DNA of 64,000 nucleotides from Vicinamibacterales bacterium (GTDB taxonomy: Bacteria; Acidobacteriota; Vicinamibacteria; Vicinamibacterales; JAKQTR01). The DNA is taken from the NCBI GenBank assembly GCA_025456345.1, contig JALOKU010000026.1:3075-67074 (forward strand). The letters are read 5' to 3'. Shown piece after piece: positions 52,871-62,707 of the stretch (position 1 is its first letter; each line of letters begins with the position of its first letter). A program made the translations under genes and the position numbers. Under the pieces are notes generated by a model. The model was not told where the DNA came from. It saw only the letters and a list, made by a program, of their open reading frames with translations, and did no database searches.

Positions 52871-54016
52871 TCACCGGTACACGCACGAGCGTGCTTCGTC
52901 GGCGAAGGCGCGCAGGAGCGCGTCGTCGGCTTCGAAGAAGTGGTCTGACGGCGCCAGGATGAAGCCGCCGCCGGGGCCGGCCTGCTCGAACGCCTCCCGC
53001 ACCGCGCGCCGTGTGTCGCCCGGGGCGCAACCCGTGAAGTGGTGGAACTGATCGAATCCGCCGATCATGCAGACGCGCGATCCGATGCGCCGCTTGGCCT
53101 CGGCGAGGCGCGCATCGCCGCCCATCTCCTTCGGCGTAAACGTCTCCATCGCGTCGGGCTCCATGCCGGCAATCCGCTCGAGCAGCGGCATCATCCCGCC
53201 GCAGGTGTGATACACGACGCGCTGGCCGGCCTCGTGTGCCGCCTCGATGATCGGCGCGTCGAACGGCGCGACGAAGCGGTCGAAGATCGCCGGCGAGATG
53301 ACGGTCGACGACGCGTCTCCGCCGCCCAGTTCCAGCAGGTCAAACGGCGCGCCTGCCGTGGAGCGCGCGAACGCGATCTTCCGGTCGCGGAGGACGCCGA
53401 GCAGCGCCGCCACCCACGGCGGGTCTTCGTAGGTGTCGAGGATCAGTTCCTCGATGCCGACCAGCACCGCGGCGTCCTGCCAGCAGCCCGGCTGGCCGTA
53501 AAGGGGGAATCCCGGGATCGCGCCGCGCACGATGCCACGATCGGCGATGTCGCCGCGGGCGGCCTCGACGGCCATGGCGTCGCAGAGCGGCACCGGTGCG
53601 AACTCCGCGACGATGTCGATGTCGGGCTTCTCTTTCAACAGGCGCTCGGCCACCCACGTCGTCCGGCCATCGTCCTGCAGCACCATCGACAGCGTCTTGC
53701 GAGGCGTGACGATGGCGTAGCGGACGGTCCGGAAGTCGGGGTTGGAGAGGGATGTCCGCTCGATACGCCAGCTGTCCGAGGTGTGCGACCACGACTCCAA
53801 CACGCTGTCCGAGCGCGGATCCGCCCGGCAGCCGGCGCCAGGCCGCACGCCCGACGTCCACCGGACGGCGTCCAGGCCGTAACGGTCGAAGAACGCCCGC
53901 TCGCTCATCCAGCCAGCCGCCTGCAGGAAGGGCGGCATGAGGTGGTGCGTCGTCGCCGGCAGCCGATCCGGGATGCCTCGGGAGAGCGCGGTGAGCAGGC
54001 GTTCGCGCGACGTCAT
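52871..54016 (-). CDS. Uroporphyrinogen decarboxylase (URO-D) family protein, MT2/MtaA-like H-x-C motif
   Basis: ATG at 54016 (MTSRERLL). URO-D fold-like sequence. YHTCGG, with further Cys in RVCMIGG and FTGCAPG. Confidence 0.7.
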   Translation of the reverse strand: MTSRERLLTALSRGIPDRLPATTHHLMPPFLQAAGWMSERAFFDRYGLDAVRWTSGVRPGAGCRADPRSDSVLESWSHTSDSWRIERTSLSNPDFRTVRYAIVTPRKTLSMVLQDDGRTTWVAERLLKEKPDIDIVAEFAPVPLCDAMAVEAARGDIADRGIVRGAIPGFPLYGQPGCWQDAAVLVGIEELILDTYEDPPWVAALLGVLRDRKIAFARSTAGAPFDLLELGGGDASSTVISPAIFDRFVAPFDAPIIEAAHEAGQRVVYHTCGGMMPLLERIAGMEPDAMETFTPKEMGGDARLAEAKRRIGSRVCMIGGFDQFHHFTGCAPGDTRRAVREAFEQAGPGGGFILAPSDHFFEADDALLRAFADEARSCVYR

Positions 54017-54072
54017 GGGGTCAGACCCCGGAACGGGCATGAGCCATTCACCTGGGTCCGGGGTCTGACCCC
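54017..54072. repeat. Perfect 16-bp inverted repeat GGGGTCAGACCCCGGA-N24-TCCGGGGTCTGACCCC
   Basis: Read directly. The right arm encodes the C-terminal SGSDPGP of the upstream gene. The left arm lies immediately 5' of the URO-D start codon. Confidence 0.9.
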
Positions 54073-56378
54073 GATTCCCGGCCCGCCATCCGCTCCATGT
54101 AGCCCGGGTCGATGTACGGGTCGTCCATGCGGTGGCGCTCCATGAGCGCGATGCGCCGGGCGAGCAGGTCCTTCAGGTTGCGCCCGTGCATGAGCGGCGA
54201 TTCGCCCAGGTCGGTCGTGGCCATGAACTCGACGCCGCTGTCGACCAGGTCCATCAGGTCGCGGCTGTTGGCGATCTCCTTCGCGATCATGCGATCGAGC
54301 ACGGTCCGCCAGCGCGCCTTCTCGGCGCCTGTCGGCGCGCCCATCCAACCGTACACGCCGGCGACCCACGCCGACACGTTGCGGTGGGTCATGATCCAGC
54401 AGCGCAGGGCGCGCAGGCGCGCGTGCTGGTCGCTGATCACGTTCGCCGGACCGAGCTGCAGCGCCGCGTCCGATTCGCACGACGCGAGCAGATCGATGGC
54501 GTGGTTGAGGGGCAGCCACACGTGGGCGTCGATGCGCTCGAGGTCCCGCGCGCTCTTCTCCGGGGTAAGGAGCGTGAAGAGCACGTCGCGGCTCAGATCC
54601 ACGTTGTTCGGGTTGTGCGGCGTCGTGCACATGAAGTCTTCGTAATACGCGCGCTCGCCCGGAGGAATCGCTTCGATGTTCGGCACGAACGGCCGCGCCC
54701 AGAGCCGGTACCAGGTGAAGCCGATGGTGGAGTACAGCGTCGTGGTGTTCGGGAACGCCAGAATGGCTTCTTCGGCCAGCAACCACGCCTTCTGCAGGAC
54801 AGGGCCGAACACGGCCCCAGCCCAGCCCGACGCGATCGACGCGACGGCGTCGTCGATGTCCAGGCCGGCGTCGAACTGGAACCGGCGCAGCACGTCGTGG
54901 TTGGCGTTGAACGGAACGAGGCCCGGCGGGCACGTGCCGCCGACATTCGCGATCGTCGTCACGCCATTGTCGTGGAGGAGCTTGAGGCGGCGCCACGTCA
55001 GCGTCGGATAGGGCACGCCGAGCAGCGGCGCGAACATCTGGTGCGGGCCGGCCGAGAAGTAGTGGTGCGCCGCGGCGCCGCGGGCCCGCAACTCGGCGCC
55101 CAGCTCGCGCTCACGCTCCGCGAACTCGAGCTGGTAGACCGAGCCGCTGTTGATGGTGCTGGAGTCGGGATACCGGGGGTGGCGGTACGGCATCTCCCAC
55201 CCGCGGGCGATGAGCGACGTCGTTTCGACGTCGAGGCCGTTGCCGAGCCCGGCCCAGACCGTGTCGTGCTCGCCGTAGAACGACTCCAGGCGGGTGATCA
55301 CGCGGAACTCCGGGTTCACCGCGCGCGCCGCATCCCGCAGCAGGCCGAGAAAGCGCACCGCGTGCGTCCCGGCGGTCTTCGCGATGTCCGCGTCGTCTTT
55401 CCACTCGCGGATCATGTAGGCGCCGCCGTTGCGTCCGACGTAGAGCGACTTCGTGTGTTCGAAGCCGGCGCCGCTGTCGTTGGTCCAGACCGAGAGGTAG
55501 CCCAAGTCGGGCACCTCGCGCATGAGGGCTGCCATCATGTCCGCGTAGTGCTCACACACGCGCGGGTGGGTGAGCGTCATCGTGTACCGCGGCCGGAACG
55601 AACGGAACGGATGATCCACGCGCGGGCCGCGGAGCATGGGATAGCGGGCGAAGAACTCCTCGGGAACCGACCGGGGTTCGAACGAGAGGAGCCCGGGCAC
55701 CAGGCCGTACTTGCGCGCGAGCGCGGCGTTGCGTTTCAGGACGGCGAGGTTCGCCGAGAGATAGTAGAAGGGGTAGAGCCCTTTGTTGAGGGACGAGTAC
55801 ACGAACTGGTCCAGTGCCGGGCAGTAGGTGTAGAACATCGGGTAGACCTCGCCCTTGGGCCCGGTCTCGAGGCCCATCGGGTAGGCGAGGGCATTGACCT
55901 CGACGTGCGTGCAGCCCCACGCGGCGAGCTGGCGCACGTAGGCTTCGGGGTCGAGGCCGCGCTGGATGCGCCCTTCCTGCGCGAGAAACAGGTCGTAGCA
56001 CGAGCGGTTCCAGGCGAACGACGGCGTCACCGATACGCCGTGCTCGAGGGCGCCGAGATCGCCGCCGGCCAGGACGTCCATGAGGTGGCACACGGCGGCA
56101 TAGAGCAGCCGGCCGCCGGCGCTCACGAGGCGGCCCGATCCGTCCGGTCGCAGGCGCAGGTCGAGGCGCGGCGCCTGGAGATCGCCGCGCGAAGAACTGA
56201 GCGCAGGCGCCCCGATCTGGAAGACGCCCGAGGACGCGGCGGGTTCGAGCGCCTCGATCTCGACGATGGCCGCTCCCGTATGGGCGGCGAGGGCCTCGGC
56301 CGCCGATCGCACAACCGGCGGCCCGCCACCCGGGATCTGGATGTGCGTGATACGCGCGAGGGCGTTTCGAACCGTCAT
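54048..56378 (-). CDS. Hypothetical 776-aa protein, glycoside-hydrolase-like (TIM-barrel type, family not recognised)
   Basis: Coding-like composition (W/Y/F/N/K present), unlike the Arg/Ala/His-rich antisense ORF. Context within the CAZyme operon. No signal peptide. Confidence 0.6.
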   Translation of the reverse strand: MTVRNALARITHIQIPGGGPPVVRSAAEALAAHTGAAIVEIEALEPAASSGVFQIGAPALSSSRGDLQAPRLDLRLRPDGSGRLVSAGGRLLYAAVCHLMDVLAGGDLGALEHGVSVTPSFAWNRSCYDLFLAQEGRIQRGLDPEAYVRQLAAWGCTHVEVNALAYPMGLETGPKGEVYPMFYTYCPALDQFVYSSLNKGLYPFYYLSANLAVLKRNAALARKYGLVPGLLSFEPRSVPEEFFARYPMLRGPRVDHPFRSFRPRYTMTLTHPRVCEHYADMMAALMREVPDLGYLSVWTNDSGAGFEHTKSLYVGRNGGAYMIREWKDDADIAKTAGTHAVRFLGLLRDAARAVNPEFRVITRLESFYGEHDTVWAGLGNGLDVETTSLIARGWEMPYRHPRYPDSSTINSGSVYQLEFAERERELGAELRARGAAAHHYFSAGPHQMFAPLLGVPYPTLTWRRLKLLHDNGVTTIANVGGTCPPGLVPFNANHDVLRRFQFDAGLDIDDAVASIASGWAGAVFGPVLQKAWLLAEEAILAFPNTTTLYSTIGFTWYRLWARPFVPNIEAIPPGERAYYEDFMCTTPHNPNNVDLSRDVLFTLLTPEKSARDLERIDAHVWLPLNHAIDLLASCESDAALQLGPANVISDQHARLRALRCWIMTHRNVSAWVAGVYGWMGAPTGAEKARWRTVLDRMIAKEIANSRDLMDLVDSGVEFMATTDLGESPLMHGRNLKDLLARRIALMERHRMDDPYIDPGYMERMAGRESGSDPGPR

Positions 56379-56390
56379 GTCTGTGCCTCG

Positions 56391-57980
56391 TCATGCCGCC
56401 GCAATGTCGATCTCAATCTGCGCCTGGCCCTGCACCTGGCAGGCTCCGTCCGCGTACGGGCTGGATTCGACGTGGACGGTATGGACGGCCACCTCGCGCC
56501 CGTCGCATCGGGCCTGCGCTGCCCGGTGGCCGGCCGGCAGCAGGACGTGCCACTCGATGTTCGCGCCGGCGGCGTTCACGTCGAGCGAGAGTCGATTCCC
56601 GTCGCGCCCGTACCGGTACCGCACCGACGCGCCGGAGGCCGCGTAGCCGACCGAGACCTCCGCGTCGAGCACGCCGGCGGCCTCCCAGCGCGGCGACAGG
56701 CGGATGGCGTCCAGGGTCCGCCCGCGATCGACCACGCCCGCGAGCCCCTCGATCAGGGCCCACGCCATCGCGCTCGACCCCCAGCCGTCGGTCGGCTGCG
56801 CCTCCGGGCTCGTGCTGGTGTCGACGCTGCTCGGCCGCCCATCGGGGAAGTACCAGAGATAGGCTTCGCCCTTCTGCGCGATGAGCGCGTGGTACTGCGC
56901 GAGGATGCCGGCGCCGTACGCCTCGAACCCGTGCCCGAACGCGGCGCGCGCCAGTTCGCCGCCGACCAGCGGCATGATGCCGCCGTTGACGTAGGCGCCG
57001 CCGACCAGCCGCTTGTCGCCGAAGATGCCATCCGGGAACGGCGGGTCGATCGAGTACCACTCGGCGAACGCGCGGCCCTCGGCGCCCCTCCTCTGGTACT
57101 CGCGGATGATCGAGACCGCCTGGCCGTGGTCCGCGGCGCCGCGGTTGATCGCCATCGGGTTGCTGAGGCTCAACTGCGCGTCCTCGTCGACGCCCTCGAT
57201 CGTCACCGGCGTGAGCTTGACGAAGTGCGTGTAGAACCGCCCGTTCCAGCAGGCGTCGTTCATCGCCGCGCGCAGGCCGGCGGCGCGCTGCTCCCAGTAG
57301 CGCGCGATGCGCTCGTCGCCGAACCTCCCGTGCAGCGCGGCCATCAGCACGAACGCCTCGTAGTAGCCCGAGAGATCGCCGTGCATGTAGCCCCAGTAGG
57401 TGTCGTCGGTGATCTGGAACTGGAGCCACTCGTGCCGGCCGGCCGTGTAGGCGAAGTCCCACGTGTCGATCGTGTACGCGCGCTTCACGAGGCCCCGGCC
57501 GGGATCCCAGTACCACGGGTGCGTCATGATGTAGCGCAGCGCGCGCTCCAGGCTCGGCAGGAGCGCGGCCATCCAGGCGTCGTCTCCCGACGCCTGCCAC
57601 GCGAGATACGCCGCCTTCACGAACCGGTACTCGACGTCCGCTTCGACGGGCACGCGGACGTATTTCGTCCAGTTCTCCCGCTCGCACGGCGGCTTCTCGG
57701 GAAACGTTGTGACGTAGTCGAACACCCGGCCGTTCGCGGCCTGCGTGTCGGCGAAGTGCTGCACCGCGCTCGTGAGGTCCGGCTCGAAGTGCCGGAACGC
57801 CCGCATCATGTCGCTGTGGTCCCGGATCCACACCGACCGCGCGTCGGGCGTGCGGTACCCGCGGACGCGCGCGCCGTCGATGGCCAAGTCGAGGGCGCTT
57901 TGCTCGAGGAACCCGCGCACGAGCGGGAACAGCCCGTCGAACTCCGGACGGCCCGTCCGGATCACCGTCTCAACGGCCAT
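56391..57980 (-). CDS. Six-hairpin (alpha/alpha)6 glycosidase-like protein (glycogen-debranching/GH63-116-like, tentative)
   Basis: 529 aa. WIRDHS, DTWDF and GYYEAFVLMA stretches are typical of (alpha/alpha)6 GH folds. No signal peptide. Confidence 0.55.
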   Translation of the reverse strand: MAVETVIRTGRPEFDGLFPLVRGFLEQSALDLAIDGARVRGYRTPDARSVWIRDHSDMMRAFRHFEPDLTSAVQHFADTQAANGRVFDYVTTFPEKPPCERENWTKYVRVPVEADVEYRFVKAAYLAWQASGDDAWMAALLPSLERALRYIMTHPWYWDPGRGLVKRAYTIDTWDFAYTAGRHEWLQFQITDDTYWGYMHGDLSGYYEAFVLMAALHGRFGDERIARYWEQRAAGLRAAMNDACWNGRFYTHFVKLTPVTIEGVDEDAQLSLSNPMAINRGAADHGQAVSIIREYQRRGAEGRAFAEWYSIDPPFPDGIFGDKRLVGGAYVNGGIMPLVGGELARAAFGHGFEAYGAGILAQYHALIAQKGEAYLWYFPDGRPSSVDTSTSPEAQPTDGWGSSAMAWALIEGLAGVVDRGRTLDAIRLSPRWEAAGVLDAEVSVGYAASGASVRYRYGRDGNRLSLDVNAAGANIEWHVLLPAGHRAAQARCDGREVAVHTVHVESSPYADGACQVQGQAQIEIDIAAA

Positions 57981-60351
57981 CGGTCTTGACCTTCACGGTG
58001 TCGCGCCAGTACCGCACCTTGTCGATGCCCGCCGGGTCGGAGGTGCCGTCGAACTGCAGGCCGTGAAACGACTGGCCCGACTGGAACAGCACCTGGTCGC
58101 CGTACTGCGCGCGCGTCATGTTGACAATCGTGTACGAGAGCGCCGGCCCGTCCTGGCTTGTGAACACGAAGTCGCCGTCGGTGGCCAGCGCGCCGTAGGC
58201 GATGCGCCCCTTGTCGAACGTGTAGCGGGGACGCCGGTAGTCGCGCCCGATGTCCATCCGGAGGTCCTGCTTGGCGGCCAGCGTGATCCGGCGCGCGCCG
58301 GCCTCGATGGTCACCGCGAGCCCCGCGCGCTCCGGGACGGTGTCGACGATGCGCACGCGCGAGGCGAGGGCAGCAGGGTCGGCGTCCTTCGCGTGCGGCA
58401 CGAGCACGGTGACGAAGCCCTCCGTGTGCCCCTGCTCGAAATGGTGGGCGGTCGTCTGGTGGATGGTCAGCTCGTCCTGATAGTTCCGTTTCTGCGGTTC
58501 CACGCCCTCGAGACGGAAGTGGGTGGACGGGAACAGCACGAGCAGGCGCGTCGAGTCGGGCAGCGCCTGCTGGCCGATGACGTCGTAGCCGGTGTCGTAC
58601 CAGTGCTCGCCCTGGGCGTAGATCTTCCGCGTGTGCCACAGGTTGGCGAGCGTGAAGAACTCGTTGGTCCGCGACTTGAAAATGTCGAACACGACGAACA
58701 GTCCGGGGTCTTTCACGTACGCGATCACGCGGTCGTAGTCGTAGCCCCAGCCGTCGTCGATGAGCCGGCTGCGGCTGTAGTCGAACTCTGGCAGCGACAG
58801 GAAGTCGACCTTGCGGGTGCGGATGGGCCGGTACGAGCCGGCGTTGCGCAGGAACTCCAGCAGGGGCTGCGCCGGCACGGCCTCCTTCGTGCTGTAGCGC
58901 TGGTCGCCCTTGCTCTGGCCCATGAAGATCTTCTCGGGACGGACGACGAGGCGGTTATGGAAGTAGTCCTGCCGGTAGGCGCCGAACGGCCCGCTCGGCA
59001 TGTAGTCGCGGTAGCCGCCATCCCGCAGCAGGACCGACCCGCCCGACATCAGCAGCACGATGCTGTTTTCGTCGGCGTGGCCGTGCGTCATCTTCTCTTC
59101 CTCGACGGGGATCGAGTCCCGCAGGTAGTCGCGGAAGTTCATGCCGCCGTCGCCCTCGTCCCGGTAGTTGAGCAGCAGGTAGGTTGACGAGGGCTCCCAC
59201 CCGTTGCGGAAGACGATTTTCTTGCCCTGGACGTCCTCCATCACCTCGGCGCTGAGGCCCGTTGGCGCCACCGGCTGGATGCCGGCACGGCCCCAGCGGT
59301 GGCTGTCGAGGAGGAAGCAGGCCAGCCCCACGTTGTTGGGCGTCGAGAAATCGATGAACTTCGCCGCGATCTGCTGCGCGGCCCACGCCATCGTCGGATC
59401 GTTGAGCCGGGCGGCCGCCGTCTCGAAGAACACGAAGTAGTGCTGCCAGTTCTGCGTCCAGGCGGCGTCGCCGAAGTCCGGCACGACCTGTGCCGGCGAC
59501 ATGAGGTTCAGGAAGTAGTGGGCGTAGTAGTAGACCTCGGGCGTTCTGAACAGGTCGTCGAGCTTGCCGAGCGCGTCGGCATAGCCCATCAGCGCGTAGA
59601 GCCACACGCCGTGGTAGATCGTCGCGTCCTCAATCTCCCAGTTGCCCCAGTTGTCGTCGCCGAGCGCCTTCCGCTGCTTCTCCCAGACGGCGGCCCGCGG
59701 GTGAGTCGGGAGCGCCTTCACGGCCCACGCGAGCGACTCCGCGCGCAGGACCGTCCGGTTCATCGTGCCCCACTCCGACGTCTGAAGGAGGTAGTCGATC
59801 GAATGTCCTACCATCTCCTCGATCGTCTTCACCTCGGCCGGGGAGAGCTTGCCGAGGCGGTGCAGCGCGTCGTAGGCCCGCAGGTAGCGCATCACGACGA
59901 AGAAGTCGGGGAGCGCGGGCACGCCATGGTCGTAGTCAGGGCGCTTCTTCGCGGCCCAGTCCGGGAACGCCGACCGGTAGCCGCCGTAGGCGAGCAGGAT
60001 CTCCCGCGCGCGCTCGGCGTAGCGGGGCGTGCCTTCCTGCTCGAACAGGTACGCGTAGACCAGCGCCGTCTCGAGCAGGCCCCCAGGCGGCCGGTAGCCG
60101 AAGGGGCTCTCGGGGTCGAACTGCGCCCGCCATCGCGCGAGGCCTTCCTCGCGATGGTCCCAGGCCCAGTCGGCCGAGGCGCGCGCGTACTCGAGGTACC
60201 GGGCCGGCGAAGCGGCCGGCGCGGCCGCGCGCGTTTGCCGCGCGGCCGCGCGGGGCGCCGGGGCGGACGGGACCCCCGAGCTGGAGGCCAGGACGATCGC
60301 GCCGCAGCCAGCGGCCAGGGCCAGGGTGAGGAAGCGGGATGCGGAGGTCAT
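57970..60351 (-). CDS. Heparinase II/III-like (polysaccharide lyase-like) protein, secreted
   Basis: Signal/lipoprotein-like N-terminus LALAAGCG. N-terminal alpha/alpha toroid-like region. THGHADENSIVLL motif is typical of the Hepar_II_III domain. Confidence 0.65.
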   Translation of the reverse strand: MTSASRFLTLALAAGCGAIVLASSSGVPSAPAPRAAARQTRAAAPAASPARYLEYARASADWAWDHREEGLARWRAQFDPESPFGYRPPGGLLETALVYAYLFEQEGTPRYAERAREILLAYGGYRSAFPDWAAKKRPDYDHGVPALPDFFVVMRYLRAYDALHRLGKLSPAEVKTIEEMVGHSIDYLLQTSEWGTMNRTVLRAESLAWAVKALPTHPRAAVWEKQRKALGDDNWGNWEIEDATIYHGVWLYALMGYADALGKLDDLFRTPEVYYYAHYFLNLMSPAQVVPDFGDAAWTQNWQHYFVFFETAAARLNDPTMAWAAQQIAAKFIDFSTPNNVGLACFLLDSHRWGRAGIQPVAPTGLSAEVMEDVQGKKIVFRNGWEPSSTYLLLNYRDEGDGGMNFRDYLRDSIPVEEEKMTHGHADENSIVLLMSGGSVLLRDGGYRDYMPSGPFGAYRQDYFHNRLVVRPEKIFMGQSKGDQRYSTKEAVPAQPLLEFLRNAGSYRPIRTRKVDFLSLPEFDYSRSRLIDDGWGYDYDRVIAYVKDPGLFVVFDIFKSRTNEFFTLANLWHTRKIYAQGEHWYDTGYDVIGQQALPDSTRLLVLFPSTHFRLEGVEPQKRNYQDELTIHQTTAHHFEQGHTEGFVTVLVPHAKDADPAALASRVRIVDTVPERAGLAVTIEAGARRITLAAKQDLRMDIGRDYRRPRYTFDKGRIAYGALATDGDFVFTSQDGPALSYTIVNMTRAQYGDQVLFQSGQSFHGLQFDGTSDPAGIDKVRYWRDTVKVKTDGR

Positions 60352-61382
60352 ATCGCCACTCCGGGCGTTTCGGGCGCCGTGTCAAGGGACTGCCAGGTTT
60401 CGAATACGCGCAGCACGTTCTCGGGGATCGCGCCGGGGCCGAACTCGCACTGGGCGATGACGCCGCCATCGGCATAGAGGTGCGCACGCACGTCGCGGAC
60501 CTCCGCGTCGATCTCGGCCAGCGTCCCGTGCGCGAGGAGAATCTGCCGGTCGATCTCGCCCCAGAACGTGATCCGGCCGGCGAATCGCCGGCCGAGCTCG
60601 GCGATGCCCATGCACGCCACCTGGCTGTTGAGCGCGTCGATGCCGATCTCGACGAGATCCTCGATGATCTCGAGGATGTTCCCGTCCGAGTGCATGAACA
60701 CGAACTTCCCGTACCGCCGCGCGATCGCGACGTACTCTTCGTACATGGGGCGGAAATGCCGGCGGAACACCCGGGGCGACACCATCATGCCGCGCTGCGT
60801 GCCCCAGTCGTCCATGATCATGATGGCGTCCACGTCGGTCTTCGCCCACACCTCGACCTCGCGGACGTAGTGCTCGTGCATCCGCCTCAGCAGTCCGAAC
60901 AGCTCCGGCGGCTCCTCCGCCAGGTCCACCATCGCCTGCTCCATCGTCCGGATGAAGCACAGGCGCTCGAAGGGACGCACGAGCGTGCCCGCGAGAGTGA
61001 ACCGCCCTGAGTCCCGGCAGAACGCCCGCACGGCATCGGTGTCGACGGTGAGGACTTCTTCCGGCGTGCGGAAGCGCTGCAGGTCGTCCCAGCCGGCGAT
61101 GAGCGGCTCGTGCACGATCCCGATGACGCCTCCGTGGATGTTGTCGAACCGGCAGCCCCACTCATCGATGTAGAGGCCCTTCTCGTAGCGGCTGCCCACG
61201 ACAGGGAGCGGTGCCCGGTAGAGTTGCGGCGCCGCCATCAGGTCGTCGGGAAACCGGGCGCGAAGGCGTGCTACCGGTTCCGGATACCGCTGCTCCGCCC
61301 ACGGCAGCACCCAGGCCTGCCTCGGCACGCGGGGAGGCTTCTCGAAGCGCAGCGTGCGCCGTACGAGCTCGCGCGACGTCAT
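60348..61382 (-). CDS. Uroporphyrinogen decarboxylase (URO-D) family protein (paralog; H-x-D instead of H-x-C)
   Basis: ATG at 61382 overlaps the upstream stop (ATGA). MIMDDWGTQRGMM and FMHSDGNILEIIEDL motifs. Confidence 0.7.
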   Translation of the reverse strand: MTSRELVRRTLRFEKPPRVPRQAWVLPWAEQRYPEPVARLRARFPDDLMAAPQLYRAPLPVVGSRYEKGLYIDEWGCRFDNIHGGVIGIVHEPLIAGWDDLQRFRTPEEVLTVDTDAVRAFCRDSGRFTLAGTLVRPFERLCFIRTMEQAMVDLAEEPPELFGLLRRMHEHYVREVEVWAKTDVDAIMIMDDWGTQRGMMVSPRVFRRHFRPMYEEYVAIARRYGKFVFMHSDGNILEIIEDLVEIGIDALNSQVACMGIAELGRRFAGRITFWGEIDRQILLAHGTLAEIDAEVRDVRAHLYADGGVIAQCEFGPGAIPENVLRVFETWQSLDTAPETPGVAI

Positions 61383-62707
61383 GACGCACGCCTGCCAGGG
61401 ACGGCCGACAGCGCGGGCCCGGCGTCGAGGAAGCAGGACGGCAGCGTGGGCAGCACCCGCCGGCCGGGCGCGGCCCAGGGGCAGCCGATCTCGCCGGGCA
61501 GCACCGAAAACCGATAGCAGCGACGCAATTCCTCCTCCAGCCGGTGCACGTGCAGCTGGCTGTCCGGGTGCCCGCGCCGCAGCAGCGAGGGGAAGGGCAC
61601 GATGTCGGCCGCCGATTCGTGCATCGCGATCACGCACACGGTCTGGGCCGCCGCAGCTTCCACGCCGCAGACGTCACTGGAGACGGCTTCGTGACCTGCG
61701 TTCGGCGGCCTGTCCACGCCGCGAGAACGGGTCACGAACCCGGTTTTCCGGCTGTGGGCGCGGTCGATGGCGGTGAACAGTTTCTGGAACTGGTGCGTGG
61801 CGTCGGGGTCGCCATAGTTCCTGACGTCGCCGTCGCTCGTGGTCCCTGCGATCCGGCGGCCGGTCTCCCCGTATTCGATGACGCCGCTCTCGCATTCGAG
61901 GCGGAAGCGGGGCTCGATGGCGTGCTCGGTGACGTGCGACGCCAGAAAAAGCACCTCGCAGCCGCCGTCGGTGAGGACCCGGCATGCGACCGTGTCGGCG
62001 CTCTCGATGGGGTACGCGCGGGCGAGTTCAGCCGTCACCGCTTCGGGCAGGGCGCTCCGCTCCATGTCGGGGCCGACCAGAAAGAGCGCGTTGTGCAGAA
62101 AGTGCGCCATGGCGTTGTTGGCCGGGCTGTCGAGCACCCACTCGCCCGTGGCGCCGTCGCGCAGACGGCCGGCCCAGGCATTCCGCTGGTAGTACGCCCT
62201 GTCGCGCGGCCACGCGCACAGCGTCGCCAGGCGCAGCGGCCGGCCGTACCGGCCCGCGAGCAGGTCGCGCTTCAGCGACTGGATGGCATCGGAGAACGAC
62301 CACTGGTACCCCACCATGACGAAGCGGCCGGCCCGGTTGCGCGCACCCACGATCCTGTCCACGTCGGGCACCGTGGCGCCGAGGGGCTTGTCGCAGAGCA
62401 CGTGGCTGCCGCCGGCAAGCGCCGACAGGGACTGCGGGATGTGAAAGTGGATCGGCGACGACACGACCGTCAGGTCCGCGTGATGGCCGGCCGCGAAGAA
62501 CGACTCGACATCGCCAACGACGGGGAGGCCGAGATCGCGCACCCTCGGCCACGCGGCCGACTCTTTCGCGAACGGGTCGACGACGCCGGCCAGCGCCGCT
62601 CGCTGCGGGGGCATCTCGTCGAGCAGGGCGTGCAGATAGTGGTACCCGTAGCCGCCGATCGCCACCATCAGCACCTGGGGCGGCGTCGAGCCGGCCTGCC
62701 CGCTCAT
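61379..62707 (-). CDS. Gfo/Idh/MocA family oxidoreductase
   Basis: Rossmann start VLMVAIGGYGYHY. LCDKPL motif (EKP-like). 442 aa. Confidence 0.8.
   Translation of the reverse strand: MSGQAGSTPPQVLMVAIGGYGYHYLHALLDEMPPQRAALAGVVDPFAKESAAWPRVRDLGLPVVGDVESFFAAGHHADLTVVSSPIHFHIPQSLSALAGGSHVLCDKPLGATVPDVDRIVGARNRAGRFVMVGYQWSFSDAIQSLKRDLLAGRYGRPLRLATLCAWPRDRAYYQRNAWAGRLRDGATGEWVLDSPANNAMAHFLHNALFLVGPDMERSALPEAVTAELARAYPIESADTVACRVLTDGGCEVLFLASHVTEHAIEPRFRLECESGVIEYGETGRRIAGTTSDGDVRNYGDPDATHQFQKLFTAIDRAHSRKTGFVTRSRGVDRPPNAGHEAVSSDVCGVEAAAAQTVCVIAMHESAADIVPFPSLLRRGHPDSQLHVHRLEEELRRCYRFSVLPGEIGCPWAAPGRRVLPTLPSCFLDAGPALSAVPGRRAS

Noticed and set aside
54132-57989. 1285-aa plus-strand ORF, the longest in the window
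   Set aside because: It is antisense to two minus-strand genes with normal amino-acid composition and operon-style overlaps. The plus-strand product is low-complexity R/A/G/H/V-rich with no motifs.
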